The notes under the pieces are model-generated. The model worked only from the letters and a program-made list of their open reading frames with translations, had not been told where the DNA came from and ran no database searches. From assembly GCA_963845755.1 (NCBI GenBank), contig CAWJTV010000005.1, positions 416,001 to 480,000 on the forward strand: 64,000 nucleotides of DNA. The letters are read 5' to 3'. The stretch is from an uncultured Planctomycetota bacterium. Its GTDB lineage: Bacteria; Planctomycetota; Planctomycetia; Isosphaerales; Isosphaeraceae. The translations under genes were made by a program, and so were the position numbers. This document shows positions 21,736 to 30,658 of the stretch, in pieces (the stretch's first letter is position 1; each line of letters opens with the position of its first letter).

Positions 21736-22314
21736 TCGCGATGAAGACCGCGGCGGAACTCTGCGAGGGCTTGCTCTCCTGCGCCGGGCAACACGGCGAC
21801 GCCGAGGGCAGCGAGGTGCAGCTCGGCGATATCGAGGACTTCTTCCGCGCCGCGTTCGATCGGCTCACACCGGAGCAACTCGGCCGGTTCTGGGACGATC
21901 CTCGAGTCGCCGGGACCGTCCGGGAGATCCCGGAATACGAGGAACTGGCAGGAGAGGTCTATTACCGTGACCGGCCATCGGAGCCGACGGTCCGGGAGGC
22001 CAGCGATTTCCTGCCCCACACCAGGCCCGAGGCCGATCGGTCCACCGATCCAGTCGCGGATGATCAGAGGATCCCCGTGACCTTCACTCACGTCGAACAG
22101 GATGGCGACAAGACCTACCGGGCCGGCGGCCTCTATCTGAGCCTGGGAGGCGGCCCGGGCATCGGCCACGTGGCCATGCGCAGTCGATCCCGGCGGCCGG
22201 AAATGGGCGACCACTTACTATGCAGCCGCGGGCTGGCTCGTCGCCCAGGGCCTGCCGCACGACCGCGCCGCCTACCTGGTCGCCTGCGCGATCCAGACGC
22301 GCGACCAAACCTGA
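21732..22314 (+). CDS. Hypothetical protein; probable frameshift near 22158
   Basis: GGAGG site; protein-like sequence continues in another frame (ASATWPCAVDPGGRKWATTYY...RDQT stop). Confidence 0.5.
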
Positions 22315-22338
22315 CCCTCGCCACGAAAGGGAAACCTG

Positions 22339-22583
22339 ATGGCCAGACGCCCGCAACTCCGCTGCTCGCGCTGCGGGGAGCGGGAGGACTTCTTCGTCCG
22401 GATCAGCTCGCTGGTCACGCTGATCCGCGACGCCAATTCGGCCGATGGCCTCTCGATCGACATCTCCGAGAAGACGCCGCCGATTTCGACTGGATCGCGC
22501 TCCATTGCGGGCGATGCGGCCACGAAGGGCCGCAGGAGGAGTTCGAGATCAGGCCAGTCGCGAGAGTGGCCACAGGGTCTTGA
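22339..22583 (+). CDS. Small Zn-ribbon protein; frameshift near 22470; 3' end uncertain (may extend to 22723)
   Basis: CSRCG in the first frame and CGRCG in a second frame together give a four-Cys ribbon. Confidence 0.5.
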
Positions 22584-22718
22584 GACGATCGCGACGCGGG
22601 TCCAGGAAATCATCGGCCCTGAGTCGTCCTGGCCACGGCGGGGCGCGCGATCTCGTGCGGGGATTCACCGGTGTTTCCCACGGCACCGAGGCGCCGGCCC
22701 CGGCCCTGGCCGAAGTTG

Positions 22719-22730
22719 ATTAACGTTAAT
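22719..22730. promoter_or_regulatory. Perfect 12-bp palindrome ATTAACGTTAAT (TAACGTTA copy 2)
   Basis: AT-rich palindrome overlapping the ATG of a possible ORF at 22729. Confidence 0.4.
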
Positions 22731-23014
22731 GGATCTCGAGGACCGGAGACACCTCGCCGCGAGGATCGCCTCGATGCTGCCCGAGCAATGGCGTGCACGG
22801 GTCCACCCGGTGTCGTCAGACTCACTCTTCCGGGGCCGTTCCCGCGACCAGAGAAAGTTCCAGGACGATCGCATCGCTGTGGCCATCCGACCCGACGCAC
22901 CGGCCTGGACCGAGGACAACCGCGGCGACGTCCTTGGGACGTCGTGCGCTCGGCGCATCCGAGACGGTCGCCCTTCGCTCCGTTCTGAAATGCATTCGAG
23001 AGAGGAGGTGAGAC

Positions 23015-23227
23015 TTGGCCGCTGTCTGGCTCAAGGTGCGGATCGACGTCGTCTTGGTCGGGCCGGAACGCGAAGTATCGGGGCCGGAAGCGACGGCGGC
23101 GGCCCGGGAGGCGGTCTGCAATGCCCTCCAGGCCGCCCAGGAAGCGGGCTTCGATCACGATCGGGCCGATGATCTTTCCCTGACGGTCAACTACGTCGAG
23201 GTAGCCGACTTCGATGCGACGGTCTGA
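23015..23227 (+). CDS. Hypothetical protein, 70 aa
   Basis: Strong GAGGAGG site with TTG start. Confidence 0.6.
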   Translation: MAAVWLKVRIDVVLVGPEREVSGPEATAAAREAVCNALQAAQEAGFDHDRADDLSLTVNYVEVADFDATV

Positions 23228-23270
23228 TTGCCCGATCCCGATTTACCCCGAGTCGAACAGGAGGCCGAAG

Positions 23271-23693
23271 TTGACCGATTGGTATTCGCTGTCCGGCCGC
23301 GTCCTGCTCCGCCAGTGTCCCGAGGCCGGCGCGATCGTCGCGCAGCTCCGGGACCTCTGCCAGGACGGGCTCGGCATCATCACGAAGGAGTTGAGCAGCA
23401 ATCAGATGGAATTGACCGTCCAGGGCCACGCCGAGCTGGCCGAGGCCACCGTGCGGGAGATCGAGCGGCTGCTCGAATCGCTCGGCCCCTTCGCGCTGGA
23501 CGCGGAGGTCTTCGAGAAGCAGTTCAATCACCTCCCGCGCGCGGTGGTCGTGGTCCGGCCGGGCGATGACGGGCGGGTCCTGCTGAGCGGTTATCGGATG
23601 GGGCAGATCCAGGATCTGATCGCGGACCTGGTCCCGGATCACCGCGCCTGGCTCATCGACCTGCTCCGGGAGCCGAAAGACCAGAGGGCCTGA
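23271..23693 (+). CDS. Hypothetical protein, paralog A (similar to 24282-24782)
   Basis: AGGAGG plus TTG start; aligns without gaps to the 24282 protein. Confidence 0.7.
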   Translation: MTDWYSLSGRVLLRQCPEAGAIVAQLRDLCQDGLGIITKELSSNQMELTVQGHAELAEATVREIERLLESLGPFALDAEVFEKQFNHLPRAVVVVRPGDDGRVLLSGYRMGQIQDLIADLVPDHRAWLIDLLREPKDQRA

Positions 23694-23796
23694 GCACCCG
23701 CCGTGGGCCGGCCGGCACCGCACGCCTCGCCTGCCGATGGCGTGCTGGCTTGCCGGCCGCTCCTGGCAGGACCGGCTCACGAGTCGGAGAACCCCC

Positions 23797-24285
23797 ATGA
23801 TCGACGTGCCTTACGTGCTGGTGGGAAAGCAGATCCCCCGTCACGCGGTCCCCGAGGGTCGTGAAGTCCATCCGGCTCCGTGCATCTTCTGCGGCGCGCC
23901 GATCGAGCACGTGGATGACGGCGGGATCGGCCGGCTGCTCGGTGCACGGGTCGACGGCGAATCGTGGGTTTACCTGTACTGCAATTCGGGTCCGTGCGCC
24001 CAGAGATCGGCGCCGTGGATCTGGCGGTGCGGGTGCGTCCCGGATTACGCCGAGAACGTCCGCGGTCATTGCTACCAGTGCCGGAAACCCCGGCATGAGG
24101 CGGAGCCGTACGATCGGGTCGAGTGCCCCGTCTGCGGCGAGGCGCACCGCCTCGACGACCGCCTGGGGATCGGCAACGGGAGGTGCCGGTCGTGCACCGC
24201 CGGGCCGGCCTACCTGCCGGTCCTTCACGAGACTCCCGAGTGGACGCCGTTGCGGGCGCTGCGGGGCGGTGTCCATGGCGAATGA
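23797..24285 (+). CDS. Cys-rich, multi-Zn-finger hypothetical protein
   Basis: CIFCG, CNSGPC, CGC, CYQC, CPVCG and CRSC motifs; GGAGA site. Confidence 0.62.
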   Translation: MIDVPYVLVGKQIPRHAVPEGREVHPAPCIFCGAPIEHVDDGGIGRLLGARVDGESWVYLYCNSGPCAQRSAPWIWRCGCVPDYAENVRGHCYQCRKPRHEAEPYDRVECPVCGEAHRLDDRLGIGNGRCRSCTAGPAYLPVLHETPEWTPLRALRGGVHGE

Positions 24286-24782
24286 GATCGAGCGAGCGTG
24301 GTCCGGTCCTGGAGGACCAGGCCGGGCTGTCGGAGGAATCCCGCCAATTCCGCGAAGGTGAGAAATCGAGCGCATTCTACGAGGTCTACGGCACGATCCG
24401 CGTTCGAACCGGCGCGAAAGCGAAAGCGATCGTCGCCCGGCTCAGGGACTTTCCCCAGTACGGCATCGAGATCGACAGCGACGAGTGCGAGCCGGGTGTC
24501 GTGTCCATCTCGCTCGAGGGCGGGAGTTCCTTTGCGGCCGGTGAAGTCCTCGACTTCGACAAGCTGCTCCAGTCGCTCGGCTCCCATGTCGTGGAGCCGG
24601 CGGTCCTGGACACCGAGTACGAAGGCGAAGACGGGGAGCTGGTCGTCGCCCGCTCCGACGCCGAGTCGGCAGAGACGCTCAGCCGGCATCGATTGGAGCA
24701 GATCGACATCCTGCTGCGCGATGTCACGCCGGAGGATCGGACGAAGCTGGCCGATAAGCTCCGATCTCTCCCGGCTCAGTAA
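24282..24782 (+). CDS. Hypothetical protein, paralog B (similar to 23271-23693)
   Basis: ATGA overlap with the upstream gene; shares AIVAxLRD, LLxSLG and LSxxRxxQI with paralog A. Confidence 0.7.
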   Translation: MRSSERGPVLEDQAGLSEESRQFREGEKSSAFYEVYGTIRVRTGAKAKAIVARLRDFPQYGIEIDSDECEPGVVSISLEGGSSFAAGEVLDFDKLLQSLGSHVVEPAVLDTEYEGEDGELVVARSDAESAETLSRHRLEQIDILLRDVTPEDRTKLADKLRSLPAQ

Positions 24783-25000
24783 ACCATCCCTGTTGACCAT
24801 GATCCCTCGGGCTTGAGTAACGATTGCTCATGGTTCCGGGGCGGATTCCTGCGGTCCGTTCCACGTAGTCCATCCGACCAGACCCCTGATCGGCCCATCC
24901 ATTCGGCAGGGCCGGTCGAGGTCCGCATTCATCCCGCTTACGAACGGTTCTATCACGGACCGTTCCCGGCGGGGGCGGTCCCAGCATCAAGGAGACCGCC

Positions 25001-25615
25001 ATGTCCATCGCATCATTGAACGACGCCCGGCGCGAGTTCACGGCCCACCTCCCGGCCGTCGAGAACGCCACCCGCTTCGCCTTCCGGCGCCGGCGGCTGA
25101 GGCGCCAGGATTACGAGGACGTCCTGGCCGAGGCCGTCGCCGCCTGCTGGAGCGCCTGGGTCGGACTGATCTCCCGCGGCCGGGACCCGCTGTAGGTCGG
25201 CGTCTCCGGCATCGCCAACTACGCCATCCGCTACGTCCGGAACGGCCGCCGGATCGCCAACCGGTCAGGCGGCCGGGGGGCCATGGACGTCTATCACAAG
25301 AAGGCCCAGAAGGTTCTTGGTTTCCGGGTCATCAACTCCGGCGGCGACGAGACTGTCAACGAGGAGGACGCGGGGATTTGGACCAACTGCTGCACCCCGG
25401 CAGACGAGGCGTGCTTTCGCGTCAACTACGCGGCGTGGCTCGAGGCCCTGGCCCCGCGACGACGGACGACGGCCGAGCTGCTGGCGGCGGGGCACGGGAC
25501 GCTCGAGGTGGCGCAGCAAGTGGGCGTGACCCCGGCCGCGATCAGCCAGGCGCGGTCCTGGTTACACCAGAACTGGCGACGGTTCCAGGGCGACGGGCCG
25601 GCGGCGTGCGGGTGA
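25001..25615 (+). pseudogene. Divergent sigma-70/ECF-like protein with an in-frame TAG at 25193-25195
   Basis: AAGGAG site; region-2-like DYEDVLAEAVAACW; the frame continues past the TAG to a region-4-like HTH (GHGTLEVAQQVGVTPAAISQAR). Confidence 0.62.
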
Positions 25616-25744
25616 AGAGTTGCTGGGTTCTCGCAGCAGTCCGCATCCCTGTTCGTACCCTTGTCTCAGCACTCGCGAGCGGCCGGACCCTGGTCGCCCG
25701 GAAAGCGTGATTCGTTGTCTTGATCCCGTTCCCTCGGAGGTGAA

Positions 25745-26734
25745 ATGCCCACCTTGCTTGACCACCTTGATACCGATCCCGTTTCGAGCCACGGCGTCGC
25801 CGTCACGACCAGTGCGGCCCAGCGGCTGCGCACGACCATGGCCGCCTGCCGCGTCTCGTTTACCTGGTGGGGCGTCCAACGCACGCTGACGTCCGAGCAG
25901 AAGGCCCAGGCCGCGCAGGCGTTCGACGCCGAGGGCGAGTTCCTCTCCGCCGGCAAGAAGTTGCTCGACACGAAACACACGGCGTTCCGAGCCGTGACGG
26001 CCATCCGCATCAGGATCGGCGATTACTGGAAGGGCCTCTCGCTCCCATTCCCGGAGTCCGGAGTCCGACTCATCAAACTGGAAAGCGTGGAGGAGTTCGA
26101 CCGCCAGATGGCCGACTATCGCGCCGAACTGGACGACGCGGTCGCCAATCTCGATCGCCATTTCGAGGAGCTGAAGCAGGCGGCGGCCCGCCGGTTGGGC
26201 TCGCTCTACAATCCGTCGGATTACCCGGAGACGCTGATCGGCCTCTTCGGCGTCTCCTACGACTTCCCCTCGATCGAGCCGCCGGATTACCTGGTCCAGC
26301 TCTCGCCCGGGCTCTACGAACGCGAGCAGGAGCGGGTCCGGGCCCGGTTCGAAGAGGCGGTTCGGCTGGCCGAGCAGGCGTTCGTCAACGAGTTCGCCCG
26401 CCTGGTCAACCATCTCACGGAGCGAATCTCGGGCACCAACGAAGACGGGACGCCGAAGGTGTTTCGCGACACCGTCGTGGGCAATCTCGACGACTTCTTC
26501 GAGCGTTTTCGCTCGTTGAACGTCCGGTCCAATCAGCAGCTCGACGACCTGGTGGCCCAGGCCCAGCGGGCCGTACGAAATGTCGGCGCGCAGGACCTGC
26601 GCGACAGCGAGGCAATCCGGAGCCAGGTGGCCACCCAGCTCTCTCGGGTTCAGTCGTCGCTCGACGCCATGCTGGTTGACCGGCCGCGGCGGCGGATCCT
26701 CCGCAACACGCCGAACTCGGAGTCTGAATCGTGA
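25745..26734 (+). CDS. Helical hypothetical protein, tentatively DUF3150-like
   Basis: GGAGG site; LSAGKKLLD, SLPFPESGVRL, LGSLYNPSDYP, KVFRD; family call from recalled motif pattern only. Confidence 0.65.
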   Translation: MPTLLDHLDTDPVSSHGVAVTTSAAQRLRTTMAACRVSFTWWGVQRTLTSEQKAQAAQAFDAEGEFLSAGKKLLDTKHTAFRAVTAIRIRIGDYWKGLSLPFPESGVRLIKLESVEEFDRQMADYRAELDDAVANLDRHFEELKQAAARRLGSLYNPSDYPETLIGLFGVSYDFPSIEPPDYLVQLSPGLYEREQERVRARFEEAVRLAEQAFVNEFARLVNHLTERISGTNEDGTPKVFRDTVVGNLDDFFERFRSLNVRSNQQLDDLVAQAQRAVRNVGAQDLRDSEAIRSQVATQLSRVQSSLDAMLVDRPRRRILRNTPNSESES

Positions 26735-26976
26735 AACTGCTCGTCAAACCCGACGGGACGGTCCTGGCGATCTACGACGAGATGATCGATCTCAGCGTGC
26801 TGGGCCGTCCTACGATCACCCGGGCCAGCCAGGTCGAGCCCGACGAGCAGGGGCGCTGGCGGGCCGACCTGACGCCGGTGGGTGGACCCGTGCTCGGTCC
26901 ATTCGATCGCCGCAGCCAGGCCCTGGACGCCGAGCACGACTGGCTGGAACGCAACTGGCTGAACGGCTCCGTCTGA
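26731..26976 (+). CDS. Small hypothetical protein, 81 aa
   Basis: GTGA overlap; IYDEMIDL, RASQVEPD, GPVLGPF, ALDAE pattern recalled from planctomycete island proteins. Confidence 0.72.
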   Translation: MKLLVKPDGTVLAIYDEMIDLSVLGRPTITRASQVEPDEQGRWRADLTPVGGPVLGPFDRRSQALDAEHDWLERNWLNGSV

Positions 26977-27006
26977 AACCCTGCTCTTCTTCGTTCGACC
27001 TTCCCG

Positions 27007-27031
27007 CGGCCGGCATCCGGCCGTCTTTTCC
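27007..27031 (+). terminator. Possible intrinsic terminator
   Basis: CGGCCGG-CAT-CCGGCCG stem followed by TCTTTTCC, 30 bp after a stop codon. Confidence 0.4.
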
Positions 27032-27156
27032 TTCACTACCCTCGACATCACCCCGCGCCCGGACCCGCAGTGCTCCTCATCCCGGCGCACCCTGGCCGCG
27101 AGGTGGGTGCGCCGCCGAGATGCGGGGCACCAGGCCGGCTCGGGAGGAGTAACACC

Positions 27157-27471
27157 ATGACCCGGACCCAGCTTAATTGTTCGATCGCCGCGCGTACCGG
27201 CGAACCGCTTTCCGTCATCCGCCGCCTCGGATTTCGCCTCCTGGTCGAGCCGAGTGAGGAGCCCGTCGCCGAGGAGATCCGCCTGGTCGTCCACTGCCCG
27301 TTCTGCAGCGGCCAGGTGCCGTATCCCGGCCAATCCCGCGACGGCTCGAACGCCCTGGCCGAGTGCCACGGCTGCGATGTCTATTTCGAGTTCGAGGACC
27401 GCGACGTCTTCCCGGCCAGCTCGCGGGCGGCCGTGACCTCGCTGTCTCGTCGCCGTTACATCCCCGCCTGA
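27157..27471 (+). CDS. Small Zn-ribbon hypothetical protein
   Basis: GGAGGAG site; N-terminal ARTGEPLSVIRRLGF; CPFC and CHGC. Confidence 0.68.
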   Translation: MTRTQLNCSIAARTGEPLSVIRRLGFRLLVEPSEEPVAEEIRLVVHCPFCSGQVPYPGQSRDGSNALAECHGCDVYFEFEDRDVFPASSRAAVTSLSRRRYIPA

Positions 27472-27547
27472 CCGCCAACGCATCCGCTCCTTGGCCGTAG
27501 CCCGAATCGTTCACTGGCCCGATTCACCGAAACAGGAGTCTTCCTGA

Positions 27548-29026
27548 ATGATCACCTTGACCCGAAACCAGGTCCGGCGGCTCCGTGTCGCCTTCCGCCG
27601 GGCGGCCCTGGGCATCACCCATCGGGGGACCGTCTCCGAGCTTGTGCTCCGCGCCGAAGGGAGTCAACTACGGGCGCAATATCGGTACTGCGACCTGGCA
27701 ATCGAGCACGTCGAGCCGGGTAGCTACCGGCCGGCCATGAGCCTCGCCATCCCGCTCGATGCCCTGGCCGACTTCGAGGGCTCAGCCGACTCGCCCGTCG
27801 TCCTCGAGTCGGTCGGCCCCGATCGGACCGTCGTCCGCTGGGAAGATCGGGGCATTCCCCAGAGCCGCGAGTACAACCTCGTGACGCCCGTCGATCGCGT
27901 GGAGCCGATGCCGGCGTCACCCGCGACCTGGGCATCGAATCCGGCCGACTTGCTGGACGCCCTGGCGGTGGCGACCGAGATCGGCCTCCCCGACTCGCCG
28001 CGCTACTCCTTGGAGTGTATCCAGCTTCAGGGGAACCACGGCAAGCTCCTGGCCACGGACGGCCGGCAGGGCCTGGTTCGCTCGGGCTATACGTTCCCCT
28101 GGTCTGACAACCTCCTGATCAAGGGTCGCCCAATCTTCGGCTGCCGGGCGATCCCTCACGATCAGCCGGTCGAGGTCGGAAAGACCGACACCCATGTCGT
28201 GATCCGCGCCGGGGCCTGGACGATCTACTCCGAGATCCAGAAGGAAGCGCGGTTCCCCGACCTGCAGCGGGTGATTCCCACCGACGGTGAGGTCTCGACC
28301 CGGCTGCGGCTGGACCCGGCGGACGCGCGGTTCCTCGAATCCGCCCTGGACCGCCTGCCCGGCGGCGACGAACTGAACAGCCCGGTAACCCTGGAATTGA
28401 ACGGCCGGATTGCCGTCCGGGCCAGCGCTGCCGACCAGACCGAGCAGGTGATGGAGCTGATCCTCAGCCGGTCGAGTTATTCCGGCTCGCCGCTCTGTAT
28501 CGCGACGAATCGCGTCTTGCTCGATCGGGCTCTCCGGTTGGGCTTCACGGAAGTCGGCTTCGCGGGAGTCGATTCGCCGTTCGTCTGCCGCGCTGAAGGG
28601 AAGATGTTCACGGTCCAACCCCTGAGCGGCGGGTCGCCGCTCGACGGGAACGCGCACGTGACGCGGATCGAGTCGAGCGCGGCGACCGGCGCCGCGAGTC
28701 GTGTCCCAACCCGCAACGAGAGCACGAGGAGACCGATGTCGGAATCCGCCGGGAGAAATGGCCACGCGACACGGGCCGCCGAAACCCATGGCCACATGGC
28801 GGCGACACGGGCCGAGACGACGAGTCCCTCCGGCGCCGAGCCGCCCGGCACCAACCTGGCCGCCCTGATCCAGGAGGCCGAGTCCCTGCACGCTGCACTG
28901 GCCGACGCGAAATCCCGAACGAGCCACCTGATCGCCGGCCTGCGGCGCCAGCGCAACCAGTCTCGGCTGGTCAGCGAAACCCTCAGATCGCTCCGCGAGC
29001 TGAAGCTCCAGGATGTCGTCGCCTGA
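27548..29026 (+). CDS. Divergent DNA sliding-clamp (DnaN-like) protein with a C-terminal coiled coil
   Basis: [18 protein letters not shown] and [12 protein letters not shown] follow the order of beta-clamp motifs; low-complexity linker and heptad-like tail; AGGAG site. Confidence 0.65.
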   Translation: MITLTRNQVRRLRVAFRRAALGITHRGTVSELVLRAEGSQLRAQYRYCDLAIEHVEPGSYRPAMSLAIPLDALADFEGSADSPVVLESVGPDRTVVRWEDRGIPQSREYNLVTPVDRVEPMPASPATWASNPADLLDALAVATEIGLPDSPRYSLECIQLQGNHGKLLATDGRQGLVRSGYTFPWSDNLLIKGRPIFGCRAIPHDQPVEVGKTDTHVVIRAGAWTIYSEIQKEARFPDLQRVIPTDGEVSTRLRLDPADARFLESALDRLPGGDELNSPVTLELNGRIAVRASAADQTEQVMELILSRSSYSGSPLCIATNRVLLDRALRLGFTEVGFAGVDSPFVCRAEGKMFTVQPLSGGSPLDGNAHVTRIESSAATGAASRVPTRNESTRRPMSESAGRNGHATRAAETHGHMAATRAETTSPSGAEPPGTNLAALIQEAESLHAALADAKSRTSHLIAGLRRQRNQSRLVSETLRSLRELKLQDVVA

Positions 29027-29069
29027 CCAGACATCTCGAGACACCAGGCCGGCGTGCCACGGGCTCGAT

Positions 29070-29077
29070 TAACGTTA
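29070..29077. promoter_or_regulatory. TAACGTTA palindrome, copy 3
   Basis: GATTAACGTTAGG, intergenic, about 50 bp upstream of the 29128 start. Confidence 0.4.
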
Positions 29078-29127
29078 GGCCGAATCGCCGGCCCGGTCCC
29101 ATCCCTGTCATGAAGGAGGCCCACACC

Positions 29128-29610
29128 GTGTCCTTGAAGTTGAACGTCGGGGTCTCGCGCAAGGTCGGCCAGCCGGATTACGGCTCGGTCGGCGCCTCGT
29201 GCCACCTCGAGCTGGAGATCGACACCGGCCTGCTGGATCGCGACCTGGATGCCTTCCATGCCCGGGTCCGTTGCGCATACGTCGCCGCCCATCAGGCCGT
29301 CCACGACGAACTGGCCCGCTTGAACTCGCCGGTTGCGGCGCCGCAAAACGCGCCGGCTTCACCGCCCCGCCAGACGACCCATGGCCACGCCAACGGCAAC
29401 GGTCGCACCGACCCTCCGCCGGCCGGGCGATCCCGAACTCGCAAGCCGGCGACCGAGAACCAAATCCGGGCGATTCGCTCCATCGCGACCCGGCAGCATG
29501 CCGACCTTGAGGGCTTGCTGCAGGAGTTCGGAGTCGATCGGCCGGAGGATCTGAGCCTGCCCCAGGCCAGCCGGCTGATCGACACCCTCAAGGCGGCAAG
29601 CCAGATCTGA
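29128..29610 (+). CDS. Hypothetical protein with two small domains
   Basis: AAGGAGG plus GTG start; [24 protein letters not shown]-terminal domain; ATENQIRAI...[15 protein letters not shown]-terminal domain. Confidence 0.72.
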   Translation: MSLKLNVGVSRKVGQPDYGSVGASCHLELEIDTGLLDRDLDAFHARVRCAYVAAHQAVHDELARLNSPVAAPQNAPASPPRQTTHGHANGNGRTDPPPAGRSRTRKPATENQIRAIRSIATRQHADLEGLLQEFGVDRPEDLSLPQASRLIDTLKAASQI

Positions 29611-29672
29611 GCAGCCGTCGGTAAGCGTCGAGGACAACCCGGAATGACCATCCATCGAATGGAGGACCTGAC

Positions 29673-30267
29673 ATGGGCTTGACGGTCGCCGAGAAGACCC
29701 ACTGGCGAGACCGGATCGAGGCCAAGATCAACCGTCGGATCGAGGGGATCCTGACTGGCGATCCCGGCCTGCTGGACCGGATCAAGCTCTCGGCTCGAGG
29801 GCGCACCCTGGCCTCGCTGGGACTGGCCGAGTTCCAATCGGAACTGGACCAGATCGCCGCCCAGAAGGAGGTGCTCGCCCGGCGCGAGCGGCGTGCCCAG
29901 CGCGCCATGCTCGCTCGGGTGCGCGGCGTCGAGATCGACCAGATCGAAGAAGTCTATTACGGCCGACACGAGACCGAGGTCACCAGGGCGGTTTCCCAGC
30001 GGCAGGCGGTTCACGAGGACGAGTTGCTGGCCGAACACGAGGTCGGCCGCCGGATTCTCCAGCTCCGCGCCGAGAAGGATCGTTTGCTCGACACGGTCTG
30101 GCTGGCCTGTTCTCCGGCCCAGATCCGCCAGCTCTGGAGCAAGGTCGGCGAGTTGCTCGGCGACGAGCCGACCCAGCTCGAGCGCGAGGCGCTGGGTCGG
30201 CGACGAGCCGACCCAGCTCGAGCGCGAGGCGCTGGCGATCCCGCCGGCCGGCGAGGAGGGCGGATGA
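29673..30267 (+). CDS. Helical hypothetical protein; 3' end frameshifted by a 40-bp tandem duplication
   Basis: GGAGG site; removing one repeat unit gives GDEPTQLEREALAIPPAGEEGG stop, overlapping the next ATG. Confidence 0.7.
30157..30235 (+). repeat. Tandem duplication with a 40-bp period
   Basis: TCGGCGACGAGCCGACCCAGCTCGAGCGCGAGGCGCTGG occurs at 30157-30195 and again at 30197-30235. Confidence 0.95.
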
Positions 30268-30593
30268 GCCGACCCTATCCGAATCGTCGTCGGAAGCGTC
30301 CGGGCCGGCGTCCGCCGCATCGCTATCGTGGTGGCAAGCCGCCGGTCCGGCCGAACAGCTTCATGGACTTCGGCCTGAGACAAGTCTACGACCTGATATT
30401 CCCGACCATTCGCGGACGAGATCGGAAGACGTTTTTCAATCAGGCCAGTACGGGGTCTGTCGTGGCCATGGGATTCATAGCCGCGTTCATGGGGTACGAG
30501 GGAGCCGGTCTCCCCGGTGCGATCCTCGGCGGCGTCGCGGCGATGGCGCTGTCGGACCACGCGCTCCGCAAGCATCGTTTCTACCGTCCCTGA
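30264..30593 (+). CDS. Small membrane protein with a very basic N terminus
   Basis: GAGGAGG site and ATGA overlap; Arg/Pro-rich N terminus; Gly/Ala-rich hydrophobic hairpin. Confidence 0.6.
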   Translation: MSRPYPNRRRKRPGRRPPHRYRGGKPPVRPNSFMDFGLRQVYDLIFPTIRGRDRKTFFNQASTGSVVAMGFIAAFMGYEGAGLPGAILGGVAAMALSDHALRKHRFYRP

Positions 30594-30615
30594 GGCGACT
30601 CCCATCAACCAGACT

Positions 30616-30658
30616 GGCTGGCCACGGCTACGGCCGTGGCCAGCCTGCTCTCTTTCTT
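30616..30658 (+). terminator. Strong hairpin, probable terminator of the island transcript
   Basis: Perfect 13-bp stem GGCTGGCCACGGC/GCCGTGGCCAGCC with a TACG loop and a pyrimidine-rich tail, just after the last island gene. Confidence 0.7.

Larger units (their letters stand above)
17724..30645 (+). mobile_element. Putative genomic island or integrative-element backbone of about 20 co-oriented genes
   Basis: Uniform + strand, several ATGA/GTGA overlaps, mostly unknown small proteins plus AAA+, clamp-like and sigma-like genes, closed by a strong hairpin; no integrase or att repeats found. Confidence 0.55.

Noticed and set aside
22729..22988. ORF starting MDLEDRRHLAARIASML
   Set aside because: The N terminus is plausible but there is no clear ribosome-binding site and the 3' frame is ambiguous, so it is not listed as a feature
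25193..25195. Amber codon as pyrrolysine or genetic-code reassignment
   Set aside because: TAG ends other genes here (for example at 17135 and 32909) and no pyl genes are visible; a nonsense mutation or error is simpler
17724..30645. Island as a prophage or conjugative element
   Set aside because: No terminase, capsid, tail, integrase, relaxase or VirB4/VirD4 motifs were seen
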